From NCBI RefSeq assembly GCF_018977255.1, contig NW_024704742.1, forward strand, positions 36,272,001-36,336,000: DNA of 64,000 nt, written 5' to 3'. The DNA is from Callorhinchus milii (Eukaryota). The translations under genes were made by a program, and so were the position numbers. The notes below the pieces were generated by a model. That model saw nothing but the letters and a program-made list of their open reading frames with translations. It ran no database searches and was not told the origin of the DNA. Below, in pieces: positions 48,572 to 61,010 of this stretch (its first letter is position 1; each line of letters begins with the position of its first letter).

Positions 48572-51500
48572 CCTTTTCTCATATGCACTCCTAAAATGGG
48601 ACATGTAGCAAACGACAAGTTGTTCCTCCTAGTTTGAACTGGCGGTGTGTAACAAACCACAAATGTTAGTCTGGCCTGTTTCTCATTGAGCACATCTAAC
48701 TTGAGAATTGGATTCCATGCTCAGGGAGCCCAGAGTGTGAGTGGCCAAAGCATTATTCTGGGAATAGAAGCAGTTGATCCACTCTTTGCTGTAATTAGCT
48801 ACTATTTACTGAATATGATGGATGAAACTAATTATTCATGCTCTTAATCGAATATATGGACCACTCCTTGAGCGGAAACCTTGAGGAAGTGTCAGAGTGA
48901 CAAAAGTCACTTTTTGTTCATGAGAATGTGTAAAAGATTCAATTACAATATACGGAAGAGTTGCTTGACAAACTCAGCTCTGAGAATACCGATGGGGAGA
49001 AAAAATTACTAATGTTACATTAGATAATTATTTTAATACAATGGGCAGAAAATCGATACTTTGAGAGTTGGGTGCAGTGTTCCCTAATATAAAAGTAATC
49101 CTTGCATTTGATATCACACCTTTCATGTCAAGGATGCCTCAAAGCATTTTACAGGATTCAATGTAAAGTGTAGTGACTATATACTTTTATGGGTGGCCGT
49201 AGCATATGACAGCTATAAAGCCCAATTCCATCTTTGCTTTGCCTAGATTAAATAGTGATTTGGCATCCCCTTTGATAAAGCCAGTGAGAATGACGAAGCC
49301 TGCTGTTTCAGGATCTGTCACGTTATGGACTGTTGCCTGGTTGGCACTCTGTAGTTGGCCAAATGAGATAAAGCAGTTTGCAGAAATGGCACAAATAAAA
49401 AGAAAAAATTTGCCCTCCTGCTTAGAAGCATAGAATGTTCCCATATTACAGACTATTTGGGCCCAGGGAGTCTGATGTTGTTTTCATGGGTCACCTAATC
49501 TAATCCTACTCCACTGATTGCAACCCATACTCTTTAATACTCTTTTTCAAGCATTTTTATAGTTCCAAAGTTTCAATATGTTTTTATTGGTATTTTTATT
49601 TATGTTGATATATATACTTTTAAGGGCGGTTGTATTTCAGCATTCTGTCCCTTCCAAAAATATCAGAGCCATATGGTGTGTCATATAAATAAACTCCTCT
49701 GCTTTGTTTTCCTCTCTCTCTTTTGAAATATTAATGTACAGTCAGGGTGACTGATGGAAGCAGAGGCAGGGAAAAGTCATGAAAGATTGTATCCAAAATA
49801 TGTGTCAATGGGCGGGGGAAACTCCTTCAGCCTAGTCTTTCATTCCATTTGTCAAACTTGAATTCCCTAGCATAGTCTAGGTGTCTGTTCATTAATGTTT
49901 TCCATCAGTCTGTTATGATTGTGATTTCCAAGATCATAAAATTAACAGATGATTTATTAGTGTGTTTTAAATAATCTACAAATGAATCTTTGCACTCTTG
50001 AATGACGTTGGGGAATCTCCCATAATACTATAAACCTGTCACATTAACTTAAAAATATTGTTTTTTATATGTGCACATGTTGAATACTCAAAATACTAGC
50101 TTGCTGACTTGAGCATTGTCAAAGCTGTTAAAATGTAAAACTGCAGTGTACATGTAGTCTGTTGTGAATAACAAATGTACAGTTGTGATTTTTTTGTAAT
50201 AAACTGTTGGCTTATCTTATGACACTGCACTGCTTTTCCCTCCAATAAATAAATTAAAATGTTTTTGTTTAGCTTCGTCTGTGATATAAGGGAAGAATTC
50301 AACAAAATTTGAAAACATATGAGCAGAAATGATCATTGTGTTTGGTCCATTTGGCTGGCCCCAAAGTTTGAAGAAGACAATACAATACTCTTTATCTATT
50401 ACGTTCAGTTGTTTTTGTCAGCCCAACAGCAAAAATATGGTTAATCATATTCTGTATCAGGACCTCAAGCCTGGGAAGCTCCCAGCCTCATTCTTCCCAA
50501 CCTCCTACAATCAAAAAACACCTAAATTTGGCATCATGTCCTTGCATTTCATGTTTGTTTTTAAACCTAGAGGCAGAACACTACTATGGGCTTTGACCTT
50601 TTACCTAGATTTTCAATTTTTTAAAACATTTCCTTCAGTTAAATGCTAGTTCACATGGTGTGAGGAGGATAGCTGATTGGCCCAGCCTTAAACTATTTTT
50701 AAAAAGCTGTAAATGGACAGAAAGACATGCAAGAGAAATGTTTGATTTTTTTTGTTGTATCATGTAATTAAAGTTTTGGGTCTGACACTCCCATCGGAAC
50801 TGGTGTTTCCTGTTTTGCTGTCGATCTCATCTGGTCAGCTCATTCTCCTTCAGGAACATCATCTCGATTGAAACTGTTCTTCCACAAAAATGAAATAAGT
50901 GCACCATACTCCTGATGATTCAAGCACCAGAGTAGCAAGCACAGTATAAAAATCCTAACTTTATAAAGCAAATTAATTTCTACATCTCTATCTTGCTGTG
51001 TATCACAGATTGCTCTTTAAAGAAACACACTCTTTCAAAGTTCATGTACTTGTTTTTTCTTGTGATCGCATTGTTGTTACTATTATAAGTAACTGCTATA
51101 CATTTTTTTTTGATCACCTGTTTCCATCTGACACAGGCAGAAACCTATCACTTAAGAGTAAGAGTCCAAATCAGAGTTCCACAGTTGAGTGCCAGCTATG
51201 AATGTAAATTTCTCAGAGTCTGGAATCGAATGCATGCTCGCTCTCTGGATGAACACACCCTGTTTATTTAATTCCATATTGCATTTAATGTTGCCAGATT
51301 GGGAGGGTTTATGCTCAATTGGGCATGGTTTTTATTGGGAACACAATAGTTTTGGGCGGGTGTCTAATTTAAAATAAGTTAAACCTGAAAAATATGTTTT
51401 TTTTCTCCTTTTCATACACAGTTTCAAAAGCACTCATCTAAATTGGCCACTCTGCTACCCATAGTAGGCAACATAATATTGGGCTACTTTGGTCTAGTAT

Positions 51501-51807
51501 TTGGTTGACTTTAAGCCACAAATGTATTTTAATTTCTGGCAAACCTGAATGTATTAGGTTGAGGCTGGCAAAAGCGAAAGCTGAGTGTACATTGGGGTAC
51601 TGCTGGAGATTCACGAGCATGTCTTGAAATTGAGAGCACTATCTGGCAAGTTTCCTGCTGCATGACCTCAGCAAGATCACTTGACCCCATTAGAGCTTTG
51701 GTTTACATGGTAAATAGAAACCAAGGGGAGAGTCCCATCCCACCAGGTCCTGCTGCTGGTCCGTCATCAGCAGTGCACTGGAGGACTAACCACCCACCTG
51801 GCTCAGG

Positions 51808-53030
51808 AACAACAACAACTTGCACTTATGTAGCTCTCTCCACACAGGGTAGTGTCTCAGAGCCCTCAACAGTGGCGGAACCTCACTCCAAGCAGCGTGG
51901 GAGGTGACCCTAAGCACGGTCGAAAAGGAAGGCTTTCAGATCGAACTTGAAAAAGGGGAGGGGGGGGGGTGCGAGGCGGAGGGATTGTGGCTGAAAACGT
52001 GTTCGGTGATGGGGAGCCAGGGGAGCCTGGCCAGAACTGGTGAGATGTGGATATGGAGTTTGGTCCAGGTAAGAATGTGGGCAGCAGAGTTCTGAATGAG
52101 CCGGATTTTTTGAATAATGGAGCCGGGGAGACTGGCGAGGAGTGTGTTTGGGTAATCCAGGCTGTAGGTGACAAACGTATGCATGAGGGTTTCAGCTGCA
52201 TTTGGGATAAGGTACAGTCGGAGGCAGGCAGAGAGATCCAGGAGGACGAGGAGGCAGAGAGAGCTCTGGTCACAGGTAGAGAGGTCATCGTTTGTGATTT
52301 TGGCAAGTGCTGTCTCTGTGTTGTGGGCAGGGCAAAAACCAGACTGCAGGGGCTTGAGGAGGGAGTGGAGGGAGCGGTGTCACCGAAATTAACCTTCCAG
52401 GACTTTAGCAAGGAAGGGTTGGTTGGATATGAATGAGATCAGAGGGAATCGAGGGTGGGTTTTTTGAGGAGGGGTGTGATAACGGTGGTTTTCAGGGGGA
52501 GTGGAACAGAGCCTGAGAAGAGAGACTGGTTGGCCAGAGTGGAGAGGAGGGGGAGTTGAGTGACCAGCAGCTGGGTGGGGAGGGTTGAAGGTAGCAGATG
52601 ATTGTGGTTAAGAGGGAGGAGGGAGAAATGGGGGCAAAGGAGTGTAAGGAGAGGAGAGTGGCAGGAGCCGTGGCGGAGGGAGAAGGCAGTGTGGATGATC
52701 TCGGTGGGGTGGAAGGGGACATGGTGGGGGAGGACGATGCAGCCAAGTGGATGTTTTCAATCTTTGAGGTGAAGAAGTCTAGGACCTCTTCGCACTTGGC
52801 GTTTGATGTGAGGATAGAGGGGGCCAGAGGGGGTTCACAGAGGAGATGATGGACAGTGAAAAACAGTGTCTTTGGGCTGTTTTTGGCCTCCAGGATGACT
52901 TTGGAGAAAAAGTCAGTTTTGGCCTGTGAAAGGGAGAGGCAGTAGGTGCGGAGGTGCTTGAGCCACAGATGGTGGTGAATCGTGAGGCCGGATTTCTGCC
53001 ATCTGCGCTCGAGTGTCCGGGAGTGGACTC
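51808..53030 (-). mobile_element. Internally deleted L2 LINE fragment(s)
   Basis: IQNSAAHIL...[14 protein letters not shown] plus upstream ORF2-like purine-rich sequence. Confidence 0.8.
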
Positions 53031-53344
53031 AGACCATCACAGAAGGTTGATTCAATTCCTGCATTCTAGTTGCCAAACATGTCACTTTGGAGCAAGCTCA
53101 ACCCCAAGGAGAGACTGTGTATCTAATCCCCATTATGTAAGGGTAGTAGCTGCTGTGATTGTTATTAGTATGTATTAGCAAGTAATATGTATGTTTATTT
53201 TATTCCCAACAGAAAAGGGTTTGATGTAGAATCATACCTGAAACATTCACTTTTTTTATTTTCAGATGCTTGACTGATTTGCTCTGATCTTCCAACATTT
53301 ATGCTATTATTTCAGAATTGCAGCAACATCAGCTAATGAGAATC

Positions 53345-53958
53345 ACTTGATGAGGCTTGGCGGGGGACATTAAGCAGGCTGGAGCCTGCTGAGCGGAGGG
53401 AGCGGACAGGTTGATCGGGGTTAGCAGGTCGGAGAGTGGGAGGGGGCAAAGCCATGGAGGGCCTTGAAGATGAGGACAAGAATTTTTAATTCGATCCTCT
53501 GTGTCATGGGGAGCCAGGCAAGAGTGGAAGTGATGGGCTCACGGAGCCTGGTGCGGGAGAGGACACAAGCTACAGAATTCTGGATGATCTGTAGCTTGTG
53601 ATGGCAAGAGTTGGGAAGGCCGACGAGCAGGGTATTGACATAGTTGAGCCTGATTGTAATGAAGGCATGCTGAGGGGTGAGGCAGTGGTGGAGTCGGGCA
53701 ATGTTGTGGAGGTGGGGGAAGGTAGTCTGGGTCAAGGCACGTATTTGGGGAAGAAAGGACAAATGAGGTCGAATAAGATGCCTAGGTTCTTGACTGGCTT
53801 GGTGAGGTGGATTGTGCATCTGTGGATGCTGATGCTGCCAGTGCCTAGGTGCGGAGGCCCTAGCGCGAGCCAATCAGGAGGGCCTCGGTCTTGCTGACGT
53901 TGAACTATAGAAAGTTGGCTCGTATTCAGGACTTGATGTCTGACAGACAGTCTGTCAA
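53345..53958 (-). mobile_element. L2 LINE fragment
   Basis: HAFITIRLNYVNTLLVGLP...LQIIQNS motifs. Confidence 0.85.
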
Positions 53959-55160
53959 ATGTAATTTACATTTACAGTAGTGTATATAGCGCCTTTCATA
54001 TCAAGAGGACCTCTCAAAACACGTCAAAGAGCTGACTGGGAGCTGAGCTCAAGAGGTCAGTGTTAAGAGTTAAGCTCTTGACATTCTTTAATCCCATATT
54101 GACCTTGCATAACTAACCCCTGAAAAACCACAAAATGTTTGCATTTCTGTGTACTGCTTTGTCGGGAATTGCTGACATGCAATATTGTTCCTTTAGGACC
54201 ATTGCTGTTTTTCCAATTCAGCAAGTTTCCTTTTTTGTGCAAGCATTTAATGTCTACAGCGTTTACTGTGGCTGACAGACAGTGAAATACGTCCCCCCAA
54301 AAGAAAGCAAACCTTTTTTCGGCTGCAAAAAATTTCATTGCCAGACTGGTTTTGTCTATTTACGTGAGAAGACAGTTTCGTGAAAATTAAGTGACAGTCA
54401 CCTTGCTTACAGATGAGTGGTTCTGTTAACCCTTATGTAAAATGTGTATTAGATCATTTAAATGTGCAATCAAGCTGATGAACCGGTGTCACAGTTCCAA
54501 TTGATAAAAGCACTGTTCTTAAGGACCAAAGGTTGATGACCTGGTAACAAAGGTTGATTTTCAGGGAGGGGGAAGAAACCTACCTCAGAAAGTATACTCC
54601 TATCCTGCCAAATCATGTCTGTGCTGGAAAGAAATTGCTTGTTTTAAAACCACATATAATATGGCAATAAATATAAAATGGGTGTGGGAAAGGTTGACCA
54701 ATTTATATCATGGTTGTTGAAATTCTCCACAAAACACTGGAGGTTATTGTCTGCTCATCGGTAAAATTACGCACCTTTGTGATATCTGCTTAATGAATGC
54801 TTATAAAAATCTCATTACAGACACAAGTGGCTAATGTTGATACAATTAGTCTGAGCTAAACCGAGCTCCCACAATATATTAGCTATTATCAATAGCAAAA
54901 GGCTTGCTTTGCCTATTGTATCAAGGCAGTGACTCACAGTCAGCCTTATGTCAACATGTTGCGAGCGACTTTGTTCACAAATATCAATAGATATTAAGTC
55001 ATTTTGATTTTAAACAAAATTTGTTTTGTGATTTATTTCTAATGAACCCAGAGTTCTTAAGTGAATTGTACATTTTAGATGGAGCACATTCTGCTGTGGC
55101 ACAAGTCTTTGAAATCTGTCTTTCAGGTTTCATTTACTTAATCTTCACGGACCTGCTCTT

Positions 55161-55469
55161 ATAATATAATAATCCTTGCATTTGATATCGCGCTTTTCAC
55201 GTCTACTCGACATTTCAAAGTGCTTCACAGAATAGACTGTAAAATGAATTGACCGTATATTTGTGGGTGAAACCCAGCAGCCAATTGCACGCAGCAGTGT
55301 CCCACAAACAGTCGTGGATTGAAAATGACCCAATTTGTTATTGTTTTGGAGGGATTATTATTAGGCGTGTGGCGTAAGGAAACTTGCCCAAGGTTTCGCT
55401 CTGCCTGGAATTGAACCCACATGTCTCGGTTGCAAGGCGAGTGCTCTAACCACTGAGCTACAGGACTCC
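55161..55469 (-). mobile_element. Full-length young SINE
   Basis: Reverse complement of the same family. Confidence 0.9.
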
Positions 55470-55519
55470 CTTGCCTGGTTTGATTCTTATCTCTCTCACC
55501 GTCTCCACTTTGTTGTCTC

Positions 55520-56580
55520 TAAGGTTCTCCTCCAGCCCCCACACTGTCACATCTGGCGTCCCCCAGGGCTCTGTCCTTGGCCCTCTTCTCTTTAATATCT
55601 ACATGCTCCCCCTTGGTGACATCATCCGCAGACATGGGGTCAACTTCCATATATATGCGGATGACACCCAACTCTATCTTTCTGCCTCCACCCTCAACTC
55701 CAGGACCACTGCTGTCCTGACAGACTGTCTGTCGGACATCAAGTCCTGGATGAGGGCAAATTTCCTACAGTTGAATGTGAACAAGACTGAGGCCCTCCTG
55801 ATTGGCTCACGCCAGCGCCTCAGCACCTCAGGCTCTGGCAGCATCAACCTCCATGGTTGCACACTACAACTCACCAGCCAGTCAGGAACCTGGTGTCTTG
55901 TTCGACCCTCAACTGTCTTTTCTTCCCCACATTCAAGCCATGACCCGCTCTGCTTCCCTCACCTCCGTAACATCGCCCGACTCCGCCACTACCTCACCCC
56001 TCAGGCCACTGAAACTCTTGTTCATGCCTTCATCACCTCCAGGCTCGACTATGCAAACGCCCTGGTTTGTCGGCCTTCCCAACTCCTCCCTCCACAGGCT
56101 GCAGATAATCCAGAACTCTGGAGCCCGTGTCCTCTCCCGCACCAAACTCCGTGACCCCATTCTCGCCCGACTCCATTGGCTCCCTATCCTTCAGAGGATC
56201 CAGTTCAAGATCCTCGCCCCACCCTACCTCTGCGACCTCCTAACCCCCTACCAACCCGCCTGTTCCCTCCGCTCAGCCGGCTCTGGCCTGCTCCACGTCC
56301 CCCGACGCACCCGCCCCACCATTGGTGGGAGAGCCTTCAGCCACTCTGCCCCCAACCTCTGGAATTTCATCTCACAGTTATTCCGCCTCACCCCCTCCTT
56401 AGCCTCCTTCAAGTCCCGCCTCAAGACCCTCCTCTTCGACCATGCCATCGGCCACCCCCCTTCCCCTCCCCTCCCTTCTCCCCCTCCTGACCCCAGCTCG
56501 GGTCTGAAATGTTGTACATCCAGCGCCTTGGGATGTCCTCTCGACGTAAAAGGCGCTATACAGATGTAATCTTGTCGTTG
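55520..56580 (+). mobile_element. 5'-truncated L2 LINE (RT core to 3' tail), relatively young
   Basis: [43 protein letters not shown]; few frameshifts. Confidence 0.93.
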
Positions 56581-56834
56581 TTCATTTTCTGTTTAACTTT
56601 TTTTTTAAGCGGACACGATTGGCATCATTCAGTCATCTCATTGTACATTTCTCTGTTTACTGACTCAATGAAGTGTTCAACAAGGCAGTTTAACCTGGTG
56701 AAAATGACTCTCTACTGCGTGCTGCTTGGTAACCCTTAAAGAATGTGGATGCTGATTTGCAATTGACAGAGACATTTTAATGTCCGGCGTTCTGCTGCAA
56801 TACGCCTGTGGGTTGTAATAATAATAATCCGTGC

Positions 56835-57665
56835 ATTGATTGGCTGCAGTGAATACTACAGCATCACCATCCCTGGTTGCACACTCCACCTTACTAAGCC
56901 GGTCCGGAACCACAGCGTATTGTTTGACCCACAACTATCCTTTCCACCCCACATCCTGTGCCATGACCCGCTCTGCCTTCCCCCACCTCCGCAGCGTTGT
57001 CCGGCTCCGACACTGTCTCACACCGCGGGCGGCCGAAACCCTCACACACGCTTTCGTTACATCGAGGCTCAACTATGCAAACTCACTGCCTGTCGGCCTC
57101 CCCGACTCCTCTCTCCATAGGCTGCAGATCACCCCGAACTCTGCAGCCCGTGTCCTCTCCCACACTAAGCTCCGCGACCCCATCACCCCCATCCTCACCC
57201 GACTCCACTGGCTTCCCATCACACAGAGGATACAGTTCAAGATCCCGGTCCTCACCTTCAAACCCCTCCATGGCCTTGCTCCCCTCAACCTCTCGGACCT
57301 CCTAACCCCCTACCATCCTGCTCGCTCCCTCCGCTCAGCGGGCTCCGGCCTTGCTTCACGTCCCCCGCCTCGGTCACCCCACTATCGGTGTGTGGGCCTT
57401 CCGCCACTCTGCCCCCACCCTCTGCAACTCCATCCCCCGGTCCCTCCGCCTCACTCGCTCCCGCGCCATCTTCAAGACGTGTCTCAAGACCCTCCTCTTC
57501 AACAGTGCCTTCGCTCTCCCTCCTGTCCCCCCGTCCCCCCCCCACTCCTTCCACCCTCCTCCGCTCCCGACCCCCAGCTCGGGTCCGAAGCACTGGTTGT
57601 CCAGCGCCTTGGGACGTCCTCCCGCCGTGAGCCGCGCCATATAAATATTATTTTATTGTTGTTGT
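56835..57665 (+). mobile_element. 5'-truncated L2 LINE
   Basis: HAFVTSRLNYANSL...LHWLPITQRIQFKI; tail ending in (GTT)n. Confidence 0.9.
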
Positions 57666-57719
57666 TGTGTATCTGCTCAGCCAGTGATTGCTGGGAGGTG
57701 GAGCTGTCCTGATCCGGGC

Positions 57720-58530
57720 TGTCGCTGTGTGTTGCGGGGGGGGCGGGGCTGTGGTGGTTGTTGCGGGGGGGCGGGGCTGTGGCGGTTGGTGCGGGGGGGG
57801 CGGGGCTGTGGCGGTTGTTGCGGGGGGGCGGGGCTGTGGCGGTTGGTGGTGGGGGAGGGCGGGGCGGGCTGTGGCGGTTGGTGCGGGGGGCGGGGCTGTG
57901 GCGGTTGGTGGTGGGGGAGGGGCGGGGCGGGGCTGTGGCGGTTGGTGCGGGGGCGGGGCTGTGGCGGTTGGTGGTGGGGGAGGGGGCGGGGCTGTGGCGG
58001 TTGGTGGGGAGGGGGCGGGGCTGTGGGGTTGGTGCGGAGGGGCGGGGCTGTGGCGGTTGGTGGTGGGGAGGGGGCGGGGCTGTGGCGGTTGGTGGGGAGG
58101 GGCGGGGCTGTGGGGTTGGTGCGGGGGGGGCGGGGCTGTGGCGGTTGGTGGTGGGGAGGGGCGGGGTTGTGGGGGTTGGTGCGGAGGGGGCGGGGCTGTG
58201 GCGGTTGGTGGGGAGGGGGCGGGGCTGTGGCGGTTGGTGCGGGGGGGCGGGGCTGTGGCGGTTGGTGCGGGGGAGGGGGCGGGGCTGTGGCGGTTGGTGG
58301 GGGAGGGGGCGGGGCTGTGGCGGTTGGTGGGGGAGGGGGCGGGGCTGTGGCGGTTGGTGGGGGAGGGGCGGGGCTGTGGCGGTTGGTGGTGGGGGAGGGG
58401 GCGGGGCTGTGGCGGTTGGTGGTGGGGGAGGGGCGGGCTGTGGCGGTTGGAGGGGGAGGGGGCGGGGCTGTGGCGGTTGGTGGGGGAGGGGGCGGGGCTG
58501 TGGCGGTTGGTGGGGGAGGGGGGGGGGGGT
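57720..58530 (+). repeat. G-rich minisatellite, unit ~24-30 nt (GGGGCGGGGCTGTGGCGGTTGGTG...GGGGA)
   Basis: Seen directly; roughly 30 units by eye. Confidence 0.96.
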
Positions 58531-58800
58531 CGGGCCGCTGTGGGTTTCACTTGCGAAGGAAACGAGAAGGAGAAAAGGGGAGCGTTTACAGCCATCAATC
58601 CCCGCCGAGACCGCCCCCAACTGGAGGGAGTGTGTAGACAGACAGACAGAGAGAGGGAGGGAGAGGGGGAGAGAGAGAGAGAGGTGAAGCCCTGACCAGC
58701 CCCAGGACAGGGAACAAGCCCAGCGATGAGTGAGCTGAGGCAGAGGAGAGCAGAGAAGGAGCCCGACAACCTGAGTGACAAGGTACTGCCCCGAGCCGAG
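58500..58800 (+). promoter_or_regulatory. CpG-rich probable promoter / 5' UTR of the CDS-family gene
   Basis: CpG-rich unique sequence between the GC-box minisatellite and the ATG at 58726; includes ccgcccc and a GA tract. Confidence 0.55.
58726..58782 (+). CDS. CDS1: Probable first coding exon of a phosphatidate cytidylyltransferase (CDS1/CDS2 family): MSELRQRRAEKEPDNLSDK
   Basis: ATG next to a CpG/GC-rich region; MxELRQR start and ...DK|gt phase-0 donor mirror recalled CDS2 (MTELRQR...EDK) and CDS1 (MLELRHR...SDK) first exons; no further exon recognised in the window; CDS1 vs CDS2 unresolved (the SDK ending favours CDS1). Confidence 0.6.
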
Positions 58801-58825
58801 CTGTGTGTGTGGGGGGGGGTCACAT

Positions 58826-59100
58826 CATACACACACCCACACACCCAGAGAGTACACACACCCAGAGAGAGTACACACACACACACAGAGTACACACATA
58901 CAACCAGAGAGAGTACACACACTTACAGACATAGCACACACACACACACACACCCAGAGAGAGTACACACACACACACACACAGAGTACATCACACACAC
59001 AGACAGAGTACATCACACACACACACACACACAGTATTATCACACAGACAGAGATAGAGTGTACATCACACACACACACACACACACAGAGAAATACCAG
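58826..59100 (+). repeat. CA-rich compound microsatellite (CA tracts with CAGAGAGTA spacers)
   Basis: Seen directly downstream of the CDS-family exon donor. Confidence 0.9.
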
Positions 59101-60729
59101 AGACAGGGAGAGAGGAAATGGTTACAGAGAGAGAAATAGAAACCAGGGAGAGGGAGGAAATGTTTACAGAGAGAGTGAGAGAGACTACAGAGAGGGTAAT
59201 CTGCACAGCCAGCGATCAGCCCAGTGCTGTGTGTGTGTCTGTGTGTGTGTAATAATAAATGCTGTGCAACCACAAAACGTGTTGCCTTTGCAGCTCCCAA
59301 AGTGCACCGTGTAGCTGCCAGTTCCCATGTCTGCTTAAAACTGCTGTTTTCCTGATGTCTGGTATGATACCTGCAATCGTTATCATTTATTCTCTCGCCA
59401 TAATCCAATGGCAAGAGGGAATCTTCACCACAGCAACGTGAATTGTTTGTGCATTATTTGAGGGAGGGGGGTAATAAGGTAAACTAACAAGGGTGATGTC
59501 AGTGTCTGCACTGACCTGCATCAGACCTCCCAGAGAAAACTGGATTACAGCATTAGCAATGTCTAACCTTACTTACTACTTGTGCTGTATTACTGTGGGT
59601 GATTGTGTGTAAAGCAAGACAAAGCCAATCTATGTTGATCTGTTGTGACCTTATAACTGAGCAAAATACAATTGTAATCTATGTGCTAACCTTATAACTG
59701 AGCAAAACACAATTATACCAATTGTAGTAACTCTACCAGTGTGTGGGGGAAATCTGAAAACCTCAGATAAAATATTGTCAGCCACTACTATTAAAATGTT
59801 ATTGAGAAAATCTAAATGCAGTAACACTAATTGACCTTTACCACAGGTATTTAAATGCTGTACTTAAAGGGGGTTTAGAGTATTAAATTCAATGAGCTGT
59901 GCTGGCTACAATCTCTGCTATTTGCAATAATCATGTCAGGTAAATGTTATGAATAATTAGCCCAAGAAGAACACGAACAGATTAAATGTATGTACTATCA
60001 CATTCCATTACTTACTGAACCCAAAGAGCAGCTGTTTGAACTACCCTGGGCAAAAATGCTTTAGCCATTCATTCACCTCATGGCTGTTTTGTACCTTGCT
60101 GATGATCCAAATGGCTGCCACTTTTGCTCACAAAATTAATCACTACACTTGTAATTGATAATAATTATCTGTGAAGCATTTTCAGACATCGTAATATAAA
60201 TTGGTACACATGTCCAAGTTCATTTGTTTAAATTACCGAGAAACTTAAGTTTTTTAAAAAAAAAAGTTGTGTCAATCATTACTAATTAAGTGTTCAGATT
60301 GCATCCTGAGATAACTTTTTGTTTCTTGAAAAGAATAATGTAGCTAGTAATAAGTAATGTTTAATAATTTGGGAAAAGAACAGGTTATTTAAAAAGGATA
60401 TATTTTCCAGTAATTTGCGTTTACAATTCAATCAGCTTGTTTGATTGCATCACAATCATTTTAAGCAAATGGTATTGCAGACCAGTAAAGGTACTCGGTG
60501 TTGGTGTTAACCATAACACCTGTTATTGACCCTTCAATAAGTGAAAATAAAATAATTCCATCAACAATAACAAATTGTGGCTTTTTAGCACCTTTCATAT
60601 CGGGAGGATGTCCCAAGGTATTTTAATAAACGTAAGAAAACAATCAAGGTTCTAACTTCTACAACAATAACATCATCAGCATCTATTTAGATAGTTCCCT
60701 TCATCCGGGTTAGTGTCTTGGAGCGCTTT

Positions 60730-61010
60730 TAACACAACTTATACTTGTATAGCGCCCCTCACAAACGGGAGCGTCCCAGAGTGCTTGTCAGTGGCAGAGC
60801 ATGACTCTGAGTCTCGGGGAGGGGGAGGTGACTGTAGGCACAGGAGAATAGGAAGGTCTTCAGGTGTGACCTGAAGATGGGGAAGGAAGGGGAAAGGTTG
60901 AGGGATTGAGGAAGAGTGTTCCAGAGTTTCGGGGCGTAGTGGCTGAAAGCGCGGCCACCAATGGTGGAACGGAGGGCCCGGGGGACTGCAGAAGGCCGGA
61001 GCCAGTCCGG
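60730..61010 (-). mobile_element. L2 3' fragment preceded by several stacked SINE/LINE tails (60565-60730)
   Basis: L2 3' UTR-like sequence. Confidence 0.75.

Noticed and set aside
48600..55130. Short ORFs such as 49187-49444, 50329-50649 and 54063-54338
   Set aside because: No recognisable homology or consistent exon chain
55471..57712. Reverse-transcriptase ORFs that might indicate an active element or domesticated gene
   Set aside because: 5'-truncated, frameshifted L2 copies with ordinary LINE tails
57499..58922. 300-420 aa Pro- or Gly-rich ORFs
   Set aside because: Artefacts of the G-rich minisatellite
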